Origin: Podarcis pityusensis
Lineage: Eukaryota
Assembly: GCA_964106645.2 (NCBI GenBank)
Contig: OZ067044.1
DNA length: 64,000 bases
Strand: one strand, 5' to 3'
Part shown: piece by piece, positions 26,656 through 39,298 of the stretch
Layout of the letters: each line of letters starts with the position of its first letter
How positions within the stretch are numbered: position 1 is the stretch's first letter
Notes under the pieces: generated by a model
Told to the model about the DNA's origin: nothing
Database searches by the model: none
What the model saw: only the letters and a program-made list of their open reading frames with translations
Position numbers and translations under genes: made by a program

Positions 26656-26809
26656 CCATATTTTCCCATGTATAACACGCCCCCTATTTTGGACTCAAAA
26701 TTAAGAAAATGGGGGGAGATTGCCCCATGTATAAGACTACCTCCCCTTTTTAACATTATTTTTTAGTAAAAAAAACCAAACACCTAGTCTTATACAGGAA
26801 AAAGTACTG
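26656..26809. mobile_element. Older, different TA-flanked MITE (mariner/Tigger-like)
   Basis: TA|CCATATTTTCCCATGTATAA...TTATACAGGAAAAAGTACTG|TA, degenerate TIRs. Confidence 0.55.
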
Positions 26810-27031
26810 TATTTCACAGTGTCTACACAAGGAGGTAATCAGCTCAACTTTTTTTTAATATAGATTATTTTGTTTTGCATTATCTGGTCTGGGGGCAGTT
26901 TCTCATGCACCTTGGGAATTTTAATACACTACTGTTGGCGAAAGAAAGAGAAATTTTAAGGCATTATTGAAGCATATATATATATATATAACCATAACCA
27001 TTAGGGTAAACTGATCCAAGTATTAACCTAC

Positions 27032-27469
27032 CTAGTTGGCTTGGGTCTGTAGTTATACTCCTTTGATTTGACATACGTTGGCGGATGTCTGGATGCTGAT
27101 CAAGCAGAAGCACTGTAGCTTGCTGCCATGCACAAGGCCACTGCAACCGGTCATCATTTGCACCAGAGATCAAGTGCAAATGTATGTGTAAATTAAATGA
27201 ACTGGTGGGGAGCAAACCAATCTGAAATGCATACCCTTTGGGAGAGTAAAAGGGTGGACTATATTGTATTGTAGCGCTTGAAACCAGCTGAGTGAAATTT
27301 CTTATATGCCAAACATGGTGAGGGCACTGAGTTTCTGACAGGTTGATATCATCAATGGAAAGGCCTCCATTAGATGCATCGGATCCTTTTATGCCTTCAA
27401 ATATTACTCGGAATTTACTTGCAACATTTAAAGACACATGGTGTAACTCCCAGTAGCCTGCAGGTGAAC
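27032..27469 (-). CDS. MEP1B: MEP1B exon 11 (end of MAM, MATH/TRAF domain)
   Basis: (G)SPAGYWELHHVSL...GGLSIDDINLSETQCPHHVWHIRNF...LQWPCAWQQAT...RSITTDPSQL, 438 nt, donor G|gtaggt. Confidence 0.95.
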
Positions 27470-28285
27470 CTGGAAAAGAATAATGAGGTGCATTATATTG
27501 ACAACATATTTCAATGTTACACAAACAGATTTTCACATTCCCCATGAAATTTAAAAGGGGTTAAATGTTGAACAGTTCATTTAGTCATTCATATTTGTGT
27601 ACTTGAGTTTTATGCAGGACTTATCCTTAAAGACTTTTCAGTGCTTCCCCTGACGCAGATTACAGTAGCCTGCCTCCTGACTGTGGTGGATCACAGGAAA
27701 CATTACTTCACAGATCTCAATCTACTGGTTTTTAAATGTAATATATTTAACAGTTTAGGCTCAAAATACAATTTAAAAGTCCATCACTACAGTGTCCCAT
27801 AATAATTTCAGATCAAGACTTCCATGGATCAATACGGGCCTCCTTTTTGTGGGGTTGGGGCAAGAGAAATCCATTAAAAACACTATGGAGAACCCAGACC
27901 AAAGAATAAAATACTTGTGGTCTCAGAACTTTTCTTGTCAAATGTGAAATGTTAAACTCTAGCCTAGTCCTCACCAGCATAGTAAACTGGTGTCTGAACT
28001 ATACAGCTTCAAACTCTACATTTTTTAATTGATCTCCATTTTTTTAAAAAAAACACACCTCCACATCAAAAACTTGATGTTATGGGGTGAGGAATGTGGC
28101 TTAATCTTCTCTCTGACACGCTAGCATTCTATACAGAGGAACGTTTTGTTATTTTTAAACAGAGGAGCATGCAATAATTTGAGCCCCCACCTGCAGTCTA
28201 AAGTGATACAGAGTAGGCACAGATTTACTACCCCAGTGTTAACTAGAACAAGAGCGTATACATATTAAAAATAATGCTTTCATAC

Positions 28286-28501
28286 CTTGTATCGTTTTTA
28301 CAAGCCTTTGGGTACCATTGGGGCTTGCATCAGTGTATTCCTTGACTAAAACATTCAGCTGATCACTTTCACTTCCGCTGTTGTAATAATAGAATTGTAG
28401 GCACTGGAAACCTCTCTTGGGATATAGAAATCGGCTCTCTAAAACCGCTCGTTCTGACACACTTCCAGCACTGGTATTAAAATGCATAAAGTAGCCAGTC
28501 T
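28286..28501 (-). CDS. MEP1B: MEP1B exon 10 (MAM domain)
   Basis: (E)TGYFMHFNTSAG...LESRFLYPKRGFQCLQFYYYNSGSESDQLN...KTIQ, 216 nt. Confidence 0.95.
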
Positions 28502-30028
28502 CTGTCAAGGAGAAAGAGAGAGAGGAGGGAAACTTTTAGAACTTCTTCACCCTCCAGACACTGGCATGGAACCCCCTGGAACTGTTGGTGCTTAATGTTC
28601 CTCAGTCAAAGCAACATTTTACCATCTAGTGATTGCCTACAGTGAACCCTAAAATTTTGAGTGCGCTTTAGAGAAAGCATGGGTGCACATCACCCCAATC
28701 TCTGAGCAGTGTGAGATTCCAGGGTTCCTGGCGCTTACTCAGGGTTTGTGTTTCCTTCAGAATGTGGCACAATGGAGACTCTGGTGTCTTTATGATATAT
28801 GGCTTGTTTACACCTATATGCAACCTGAGCCTACAATGGAGGGGTTCACAGGATTAATACCACAAGAGGACCTTGCTTCCCCCATAGCTGCAACCTTGGA
28901 TTCAAACAGGAATCAAACATTGATGTCTCTCTCTGTCTTCTCAGCTTGCTGGTTTGCTTCTAGCTCACATCACTCTACTCTCAACTCTGGTTTTGTCTTT
29001 CTAACCAGCTGTGATTTGGGGGATAGGCCCCACCCATTTGCCATCTCGCACAGATCCACTTCCTTTGTTACCTTAGGAACCCAGAACTTAGTGAGTCTCC
29101 TGAGCCCTGTACAGGTGTGTCTGTTTTGCTGGCAGACAAACTGGCTAAGTTTCAGAGTTTCTACTTGGGTGTCTGTTCTTGCACCTTTGAACTGTAGCTG
29201 ATTCTTGTGTGGTAAGTGCAGAAGCACAAATTCCTGCTTTGTGTGCTCTTTTTCTAGACTCCCAGTTCCATCAGACTCTGCCTAGCAAAGCCTTGCTGGA
29301 AAGAGGCAAGTCTTTTTCAGTCTTCTTTGGGGATTTATGCTAAGCATTCCCCACTTCTCCTTCCTGCAGTTAGGACAGGAAGGAAAGGAATAACCCCTTC
29401 TTCACCTTGCTGCCTTCTTCTTATCAATTTTCCAACTTCTACTTTTCCAACTTCTACTTCTACTATTCTCCTCCCATGCAAAATGAAACATCACTGTGCA
29501 GCTTCCTTGGCCTGCCATAGTTTCACACACACCTCTCCTCCAGAACAACTTTCAGAATTAAATTACCATTTTCAAATATTTTTAAAAATAAATCCCCAAT
29601 TCTTGAAAAACTCTAGTCTTGCCTCTGTTGCTCCCCTGTGTATCTTATGAGGGCACTTCACTATCCAGGCTCCAACCCACATTTATGCATGTTGTTCTCC
29701 AGCGTATTTTGGTAAACATTCTAGTTTATGGAGCAGCTCTACGGAAGGGGCAACATCCTGTCTTCCCACAAGAACCAAGGTCACAGTGGGAAATGGCTCC
29801 CCCAGCCATTCAAGTTCTGAAAACAGCTTAATTCCCTTAACATGGAAAAGTAGGTTGCAGACATGTATAGAGATATGACTTGAAATAATACGGTAAACAT
29901 TCTAATTATCTAACAGGCATGGTTAACAACGCAATAGCAATTTATCAGCAAGTTAGTGAGGTTATGAAGATCAGATACATCCACAGAAAATACTTATCTA
30001 AGAGATAATAATAATTGCTGTACATTAC

Positions 30029-30181
30029 CTTGGCAGATTCCAACATAGGTGTGATCCGTTTGTGGTCCACTAGGAACCTGGGTTATGCGCTGCCAGTCAG
30101 CATTATCTTCTGTACTTTGAATCATGCCACACACGTTTTCAAATTCAAAACTGCACGTCTCCATAAAGCTTAAAGACGAAG
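30029..30181 (-). CDS. MEP1B: MEP1B exon 9 (MAM domain, includes dimerisation Cys in GICQ)
   Basis: (T)SSLSFMETCSFEFENVCGMIQSTEDNADWQR...DHTYVGICQ, 153 nt. Confidence 0.95.
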
Positions 30182-31223
30182 CTACCAGCATTAAAAAAAA
30201 CAGAGCAGATACAGTGTTTGTTTACTTTAGTGGGACTATTCAGTCAACTGCATCAGGAAATAGTTTGGACCCAACTAGATATGCCATCAGGAGATCTGTG
30301 ACTCATTTGTACTTCTAAAATACAAAAGCTGCTGTAAACAGTGGAGAAGTAAACAGAGTCAAGGAGCCTGCAGGTGAGATGGCTAAACCCTTTTCCATCT
30401 CACTTTTTCCCTAATCTATATCCCCACCAGCTGCCAGCTGCCTTGTGGGAGGAAACCTGTCTGTCTGGTATTGTTTTACCTCTAGTAGACAAAACAGTTT
30501 TGGCATGAATGGCATGAGAGAAAGGTTAATCTCCCCTAGGACCATTGTTCCATATAATTCTCAACCTTCACCCGGCAACTGCTGTTAAACTTTTTTTTTT
30601 AAAATGGGAAATCCAATTACAGATCTTCTCATATCTCAATTAGTTAGAAAAACCACAATGTCAAAAGAACCAAACTCTGTTCTAACGCAAGGTGGGTTCA
30701 CATCACAGAGAAGTTTCTGTTTTTTTGTGCATTTTAGTGCCCCCCCCCCAGCTGTTCACAACAGCATGGCTTCTTTAGTATCGGATTCACACAGGCAGGG
30801 ATGTCTTTATAGTATGCAAAGGTTTTCACACCTTGGCTAGAGATAAATTAGGAATGGCCTGAGGACTCTGATTGCTGGTTTGGGAAATAACGCATCAAAC
30901 AGTAGTATTTTATAACAAAGAACAGGATATATATGCATTTTGCATGTTGCATGTTGTCATGTGAACATGGATTTAAAACCCAGTACTACACATGCAATGA
31001 ATGCATGGTAACTGAAAGTGTGAACACAGCCTCAATCACTCTATGATCAATCAGTGCTATTAGCTGAATCCATAAACCACTTCAAGTAGAAGTAAATGAG
31101 TTTCATTTTAGAAGAAAATAAATAAGTTGGCTTGTTTTATAGAATGAGCAGTATCCTTCATTCACTGCTAGGAAAATCAAAAGGACCTTTAAAGGGAAGA
31201 TTTTGCACGCTCAGCAATTTAGT

Positions 31224-31236
31224 GTGGGTGTGTGTA

Positions 31237-31291
<55 letters not shown>
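31224..31291. repeat. Compound (TG)n(TA)n microsatellite
   Basis: Direct reading. Confidence 0.9.
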
Positions 31292-31296
<5 letters not shown>

Positions 31297-32593
31297 GGTA
31301 TATGAAAGAGTTGGGTGGCACCTTAAAGACTTACACCTGTATTATGGCATTATGGCATGTGTTTTAGTGGACCACATTCCTAACTGAATTGGATGTAAGT
31401 AAAATCAACTGACCGTATAATGACCACCAGGCCACTTATACTGCTTTTCAGCCTTAATTTTTTCTTCTTCCTTTGTTTAGCATCCTACCTGAGGAAGCAG
31501 CTGCTTCATTCAGAATCAGACCATTGGTCCATCTGGGTCAGGTGTAGTCAGTGCAGCACCTTTCAGTTATTGTTGCACTAGAATTCCTATCAGCTACGGT
31601 TGCCATATTTCAAACAGTGAAAAGTTGTTGAACTTTTTTTTTTTAGTTTTGCCCAAAGTTGTTGAGGTTTTTTGGGCAAAATCACTTTAATAAATGCAAA
31701 AAATGGCACTGCCAACATGAGCACCACCCGGACACTGCTGCTGACAGTGTCCAGGGAAATCCAGAAGCATGAGAACATTATATCAGCCTCAGTCACATCA
31801 GGCAATCCCAAACAATCCTGTGATCCTTTGCAGCGCTGGTTTCAGTTCAAACCACCAAAGCACAGGGAAACTTATGCTTACAGCACATCCCACTCTGGGG
31901 TCTGCTGTAAGTGCAGATCCCAGCCAGCTTGCTGTAAGCACCAATCAGCCGAGTGGCATATACAGGCAGTCTGCTAGGGGTAGGCATTGCTTGCGCTAGA
32001 GAGTTCCTGACTAAGAGTACAGTCAATCCCAGCCACCTTGCCATAACCGCCAATCTACAGCCCTTACAGGAAGCCAGCTGGAATCAGTTTGTGCTCCTGA
32101 GCTGGTAAGTGCTAACAGGAAGTTAACTAAGGCACCCATTTGTTTTTTGGCAGCTAATTCTCCACCTCCTCAAACCTGACATCACAAATTATGTCAGGTA
32201 TGGGACAGGTGGGTGTGCTTTGGGGAGAAATGGCACTGGAAACCCAATGGGGACATGTGCTGGGCCTAATTGGGTCCTTGGGCTGGATGTTCCTCACCCC
32301 TGTCTCAGATGCTAGTGGGGAATTTATTTGCAACTATAAAGCTACTGTATTCCCAGGCAAAAGACCAGATTTAACTAACAGGCACTGCTAGTGGAAGCCT
32401 GTGCAAGCACTTCTGCTAGCACCAGAGGACTCTTCCCCTCTCCTCCCCTTGTGTGCCCCCAAAATTGGCTCAGGGGGAGGGTTGGGAGGAGAGGAGAGAT
32501 TGCTCCACCAGCGCAAGCATCTCTGGCTGCCAGATGGAACAATCAGAAGAGGGCAACACTGAATTCGTCCCAAAGTAAAGTTCAGCAAACAAA

Positions 32594-32690
32594 TCATAGA
32601 ATTGTAGAGTTGGAAGGTACCCTGAGGGTCATCTAGTCCAACCCGCTGCAATGCAGGAATCTCAGCTAAAGCATCCATGACAGATGACCA
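32594..32690 (-). mobile_element. CR1 3' terminus
   Basis: CATAGAATTGTAGAGTTGGAAGGTACCCTGAGGGTCATCTAGTCCAACCC, the reverse complement of an ATTCTATG-type CR1 end. Lies 40 nt from the exon 8 donor. Confidence 0.7.
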
Positions 32691-32730
32691 AAGGAGGCTG
32701 AAAAGATATGATGGGGTTTCAAACACTTAC

Positions 32731-32949
32731 TGCAGTTGTAGAGTCGACTCAGCTTCCGGATATCATATTCACTGAAATCCATGCGCTGTCCAATCACATC
32801 AATGAAGGCTGGTATATTTGTTACTATTGTTGGTTCTGTTCCATTCCTGAAGGCATTTTTACTGTAGTGCATTACAGAGTTATAGTCATATGGGACATTA
32901 AGGAAGTCAGATCTTTTATCATCATATTTGTTGAAGTTTCCTTCCTTAC
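32731..32949 (-). CDS. MEP1B: MEP1B exon 8 (Met-turn SVMHY)
   Basis: (G)KEGNFNKYDDKRSDFLNVPYDYNSVMHYSKNAF...GQRMDFSEYDIRKLSRLYNC, 219 nt. Confidence 0.96.
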
Positions 32950-33625
32950 CTGAAAGAAGCAGAAGAACTTACCACGGTGACTTATACAGATCACAATCCA
33001 GCCAAAGCTAAGCCCTTTTCAGTCCCACTGGTTTAGGTTACAGATAAGCACACTCTTTAATATCTCTTCCATTGCAATATTACAAATTTATAATTTATGT
33101 CCTTAGCCTGCTGTCCCATCGCTTCTTCTTTGAATTCCAAGTATATCATACAGAACCACAGAGTATTTATTTATTATAGTAGTTCCCAATTTACAATGCT
33201 TTGCAAGCAGAAAGAAATGAGAGAGACTCGATGCAGCAGGCATATACAGAATTCCAGATAAGTCAAGCTTCTTGGTAAAAGGAGAGGGGTCAGATGTAAG
33301 GTACATGTACAAAGAAACAGAAGTTTCCTGTTTTAAAGAGAAAGGGGAGTTTCTAGCTGGAGCCTAGAAGTAGATCAAGATGCAATTGGGGGGACATCAC
33401 TGTAGAAGAGCCCCGTTTACCTTCACTCATGCTCTGCTCACATATTGAGAGGTAAAGCAAATATTCTAAAGGTGCCGCAAGTGTGTGTGCCATCACCCAG
33501 AGGGAAACCTAAACCTGGCAGCACTGCCCCTTGAACTTTTCCCTGCTTGGAAGAGCAGGGAGTATATAACAATGCATCACATTTTGGACATTGCCATCCA
33601 AGTCAGAAAGCTTTAATGAGATTCA

Positions 33626-33931
<306 letters not shown>

Positions 33932-35144
33932 CTAATTATCCATCAAAGGGTTCACTCAGAGGAAACCCTTTTCACTTGCTCAAACTAATTCTGCAAGGCA
34001 GAACTTGCAGAGACATTGCTTCTGCCCAGATTCCCATGCTGGATTGGGTACTGTGCATACAAACCAAATGAGATGCACACCTGTACTTAGAGAGTTTAGA
34101 GAGAGATCTGAAACACCTTCCATTTGCTCTACAAGGCGTGAATGGTGATGGCATAAATTCCCATCTGCATTGTAAGGCCTTAAGCTGTGTACATGTCTTT
34201 GTTTATGACTATGTATCTAGTAAAGCTTTGGTGTGAAAAGCCTCTTACGAATTTTATATGGTTATAGAATTGGGGGTTTGGTCTAGATGTCATATTTAGG
34301 ACCCCTCAAGGCCTGTGGTTTTACATCTGTAAGATGTGATTCTATAGCAGAAGGACTGACTGAAATGGTCAAACCAGTTCCTTTATTAAGTGAATGGGGC
34401 TAGCCAAGTCTGTCAAGTTAACTCTTAGCACAACTAAAGAGTTGGTCAAGTATAAGTGTCTTGCTGTAGAAATGACTGGCTAGTGATGTTCCTAGAGGGG
34501 AACAGCCCCCCACCCCCAATGCCTGGAGATGCAGTGATGATTGCACTATGGTGTCTCATAGTGAGGTAGACTTGGGAAGAGGCTTGACTTGCTCTCTGTG
34601 CTGAAAGCATCTAGAAACGGATGCAAAAGCAAAATATGCTGAGGTGCTAATGTTGTGAGCCCTTTCATTTTATGCTTAGCTAGTGTATGTGTGTGAATAA
34701 CACCACCACAAAGATATTCCAGTGACCTTCATTCAAAGGAAACCAAACCTGAAGTGTGTGCTGGCACCCCTTACATCTTTCATAACTTGGAAATTGGAGT
34801 GTGTTTAACAATATTGTATGCCTTGAAACTTTATTCATTCAGTGATTTGCCAGCTCCAGGTTTTGGGAAGGCCTTAAACAAGACGTCTTCAGTGCCTCCT
34901 CCTGAAACGAGCCCTTCTCTCTTTGCCACAGTCACTGCTGCCCATTCACTTTCCTTCTTCCTCTGGGCTTAATCTGCATGGCCATCTCTAGAGGGAGAAG
35001 GCAAAGTGGGGTCCTCTTGCTCCTATCTCTGGGCAGAAGAACAGGCCATGGCAGTTACAGATAGGTAGCCGTGTTGGTCTGCCATAGTCAAAATAAAAAA
35101 AATCCTTCCAGTAGCACCTTTAAGACCAACTAAGTTAGTTCTTG

Positions 35145-35182
35145 GTATGAGCTTTCGTGTGCAAGCACACTTCTTCAGATAC
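35145..35182 (-). ncRNA. Second, identical minimal hammerhead motif (sense in MEP1B pre-mRNA)
   Basis: Exact reverse complement of 35230-35267. Confidence 0.7.
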
Positions 35183-35229
35183 ACTGAAACAGAAGTTGCC
35201 AGACAACTTCTGGCAACTTCTGTTTCAGT

Positions 35230-35267
35230 GTATCTGAAGAAGTGTGCTTGCACACGAAAGCTCATAC
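35230..35267 (+). ncRNA. Minimal type I hammerhead ribozyme motif (Penelope-type)
   Basis: GTAT-CTGAAGA-A-GTGTGC-TT-GCACAC-GAAA-GC-TC-ATAC: helix I GTAT/ATAC, CUGANGA core, 6-bp helix II, GAAA, palindromic AGCT in place of helix III, UC cleavage site. Confidence 0.7.
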
Positions 35268-37708
35268 CAAGAACTAACTTAGTTGGTCTTAAAGGTGCTA
35301 CTGGAAGGATTTTTTTTATTTAGGCCATGGCAGCAAAGAGAAGCAGACTTCAGGAGTTGAGAGTGGTGAAGCAACTAAAGATATGGCCCAAGCAGGTACC
35401 AGGGAATACTGACTTCTGACATATAAGCCAGATTCACTGGGTTGTGCCCAACCCATTAATTTCAGTGGGTCTAGTCTGCATAAGAGTAGCATTAAAATCA
35501 ACTCAGCATCTGCAGAATGCCTACAATACAGCCAGAATGCCCTTTGAATTATGTGCAGAAAGGCTCTGGGATGGAACAGGATGTTGAAAGTAAACACATG
35601 GTCACTTTTAGGAGTGTTCCATATGACCAAGCAGTCATACAGTAAGCACACATGGCAACCAACTATGCATGTCTGCTGTACAGCATCTTCAGTTTTACTA
35701 TGCAATTCAGAAATGTGAGTGGATCCAAAACCCAGAATACACACAAATGAATTGCCATGAGGATCAACCACCATATAGATCAGTGAGCAAATAGGAATGC
35801 TGTTCTCCAGCCTTTGTTTCTCTCACAGAGAGCCAAGGCAGATGGTTTAAATAGATCAGTATGGATCCAGCAATGTTCTCCAGCAAAAACCATGGTTTTT
35901 AGAGACACAGGGAGCATTACTCAATCCACCAGGCAAGCTGCTTCTCATAACTTGCTGGCTGTGTGGGCCATCCATTGTAGGAGGAATTTTAAGTAGCCTC
36001 CACCCAGCCACTAATTCTGTTTAGCCCTGACTATGCAAAACAACGCAGACATGGATGAAAGGAGAACAGTGACAGCCTTTTGGGGTTAAGGGACTGAATA
36101 CACCTATTGACATTCTCTCAGCGACTTACAAATTTTAAAATAGAAAAATACAATTAAAATAACAAAACAATAGAAACAAAAAAGATATTCGAAGTATTCA
36201 TCCACCACTGATATAAACAAGGAAAACTTACCCACCCACCCCCACATATAAATCCTTCCTCACTCAACTAAAAGATGAACACTGAGATGAGCTAAACGTC
36301 ACATCACATCAATTAATATTAACTCCTTGCTTATGAATTTTGTAAAATTAGCTCCTGACTTTATTTGAACTTCAAAACAATAGCCAAAAGACCAGCCTCC
36401 ATATCCTGCAATAACCTTTCAGAAAAACTTACAGGAAGTTCGTGATCTTTTATCTCAGCTGATTCAGTTCTCAGAATCTGACAAACTCTGTTCTTTGAAC
36501 TCAAGGCCCAAACTGAAATACATGTTTTATTGCTTTTCACAGTTGAAAAAAAGAATAATGTTTGAAGTTCAGCCAAATCTTAAGCAGTTTATCACCTTTG
36601 ATTGGTCAAACAGTCCTTTAACAAATGAGCATTGAAAACTGTGATTTTGCAAGGCAATGAGAGTAGAATCGGGGGTTTTTAAAAAAGTATTTCATGCAGC
36701 CATTCCTGCAGACTATAAATTCATATTGGTTGGGTAAATAACTTTTATCACCAGTTTATCACTGTTGCTAACAAGCCACCATAAAAAGCAAGAACATACA
36801 GCACTTCGTAGAAAACAGAATTCTGGATAAATGTTATTTATAAATCTATAAACAGTCTACTCTTGTTCAGTATTCTGAGCAATGACAAGGAACTTTTGGT
36901 TGAAAGGAAGACAAATTCCAAGAGCAGACAAGATGAATAAGCAGCCTCTCAAATGTTAAAGTAAGTATGATCCCAGCAGAAGAAAGAAACATACTGAGAC
37001 TTAAGAGCTGCCTTGACTCAACACAGATTTCTTCATTGGTTCCCTACTTTTATCCTTTAATGTAATCCAAGCCTAAGGTTTGCAGTATAAATCACAGACG
37101 ACTCCAGGTGACCTGTTTATTGAGCATTCAACCTAATTTGCTTGCTTACGCAGAGGTTACACTGTGACTGTCCTTAACTGGGTATTCCTTCTGCTTTGCT
37201 TGCAGGGAGGTTATACAACAATGAGCATCGAAGCTGATTTGCTGTGCACTGCTTATACATCTTCCAGTTATTCATTTGTTCATCTCACTTTTCAGTGCAT
37301 TTTCCCATCACACAAACTAACTGTTGTTTTTTCTAACTAGGCTTGCTGCATAAATCCCCTTTAACTGAGCAAACCTAAATTTCCATTATGCACTTGAATC
37401 CCTACCACAAAATATTGACAGTCTGGAGGCAACCATATAACTACTTTGAATAGGATGTACAAAATACTCTTATCAGCACAATGCCACAAAGAATGAATGT
37501 TGCACCAACGTTCAGGCTCATAAACCCAGAGTTGTGACTCAACCTGACAAACATCTCTACAGATAAGCAAAGTTTTAAAAACTTGGAGATTGGAGTTGGT
37601 GGGGCAGTGCCCCATTTGCCCTAATGAGCCAGCCTCCACTCGTATGTGAGACTGTACAGAGACTATGAAAAAGAAAGATACATTACTTAAAAGGATGATT
37701 TCTCTTAC

Positions 37709-37826
37709 CCACTCCCTTTGAAGACAGATATGTAATTTGCTTCGCCTTCCCAGGGTTTGAAATCAATACAGGATTTTAGGCGATACTGTTCAAATGCATT
37801 GAGGATCAGCCCCTTTGCATTCATAT
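37709..37826 (-). CDS. MEP1B: MEP1B exon 6 (astacin domain)
   Basis: ccag|AT...GG|gtaaga, (D)[39 protein letters not shown], 118 nt. Confidence 0.95.
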
Positions 37827-38712
37827 CTGGAAGAAAAAACAACGAATTGGTTATCGCTCACCTAAAGGAATGCCCTTTCAGCTAACCCTCCACATAGCAA
37901 CTGGAAACTCTGCTATTAGTACTAATGAGTATAAATTTGGTAGACTAATATAATTTAAATTGTTGGGAGAATTATTAAAGCCTTTTCAAATATGCCTTTA
38001 GCATAGGAAAGTGGACTGTAAATACCTTTTAGAAGTAACCCAATTTGCTCTACAAAGCTCTCTTTTGCTTCCTTGGACTGTTGATTTGCTACAAGCCTTC
38101 AAGCTAAGCAACTAGTTCTATTTTCCAAGCCATTATACTCTGATATGTACTGGGATCCAGTAGAGCTGTTTTAACACTGAGTTTCTGTCCTTCCAGTAAC
38201 TGGCTCTGGTCACCAATCTGGCTGCAGCATCTTATAAAGTGATAAGCAACCAGATCTTCACTGTTAATCCCAAATTGGCACTTTTGAGTTTGAGAGAAGG
38301 TGCAAGATAATGACATAATTACTTTATTACTACAAGCAGCATACGGTAAGTGGAGTTTGTTGTAAATTTGGAAGTTGGGCAATCTTTTGCCTCTATTTCT
38401 TTGCATTGCTATTCTCACCCCAAATCTCTGAGCAGCTAAGACACGGCAACTTTCATCAAGGCTTGGTTTCTTTTAGAAGGAGGTCACTAGAAGCTTACTG
38501 GTGAGTCATAATATTGGAGTGTAATATTTATACCCCTGTTTGTATACAGGCTGAGCTTAATGAGGCATAGCTTAAACATTCAAGCAGTCAACCCAAACCC
38601 ACGGCTTGCACATCAGACCTTCTAGGGTCCTGGCCAGAACTCCAAGATGTTTACAGACCCCAATTTCAACTCTTTGTGTTTCTATGCCTTTGCAAGTCTC
38701 TGTTTCAAAGTA

Positions 38713-38937
38713 CAGTGGTACCTTGGGTTAAGAACTTAATTTGTTCTGGAGGTCCGTTCTGAAACTGTTCTTAACCTGAAGTACCACTTTAGCTAATGGG
38801 GCCTCCAGCTGCCGCCACATGATTTCTGTTCTCATCCTGAATCAAAGTTCTTAACCTGAGATAATATTTCTGGGTTAGTGGAGTCTGTAACCTGAAGCAT
38901 CTGTAACCTGAAGCGTATGTAACCCGAGGTACCACTG
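38713..38937 (-). mobile_element. Same MITE family, copy 3
   Basis: TA|CAGTGGTACCTTGGGTTAAG...GAGGTACCACTG|TA. Confidence 0.87.
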
Positions 38938-39086
38938 TATGTATTGTCCTGTTGTTCATGGTCCTCCTCCAGGCTATAAGAAAAGAGAATCTGGAGGAGT
39001 CATCTCTTCTGACAGCCCATAAAAATCTGATAGAAAACTCATAACTGCTTTGCTGACTCATGGCACATTGCTTATAATGAAAGATA

Positions 39087-39298
39087 CAGTGGTACCTCGG
39101 GTTACAAACACTTCAGGTTACAGCTAACCTGTAAGCAGTACCTCAGGTTAAGAACTTTACCTCAAGATGAAAACAGAAATTGTGCAGCGGCGGCAGTGGG
39201 AGGCCCCATTAGCTACAGTGGTACCTCAGGTTAAGAACAGTTTCAGGTTAAGAACGGACCTCCGGAACGAATTAAGTTCATAACCAGAGGTACCACTG
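39087..39298 (+). mobile_element. Same MITE family, copy 4 (variant internal sequence)
   Basis: TA|CAGTGGTACCTCGGGTTACA...GAGGTACCACTG|TA, with an extra internal TIR-like TACAGTGGTACCTCAGG. Confidence 0.85.

Larger units (their letters stand above)
35055..35321. mobile_element. Penelope-like element remnant (inverted pseudo-LTR pair) in MEP1B intron 6
   Basis: 12-bp direct repeat AGGCCATGGCAG at 35043-35054 and 35322-35333. Perfect inverted arms 35091-35203 / 35209-35321. Text GTAGCCGTGTTGGTCTG...GTAGCACCTTTAAGACCAAC...GAGCTTTCGTG resembles reptile Penelope termini. Confidence 0.82.

Noticed and set aside
31316-31376. GTGGCACCTTAAAGACT...: second Penelope-like terminus
   Set aside because: Too decayed, with no hammerhead core or TSD visible.
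35023-35265. 80-aa ORF with mirrored-looking sequence
   Set aside because: Artefact of translating the Penelope palindrome.
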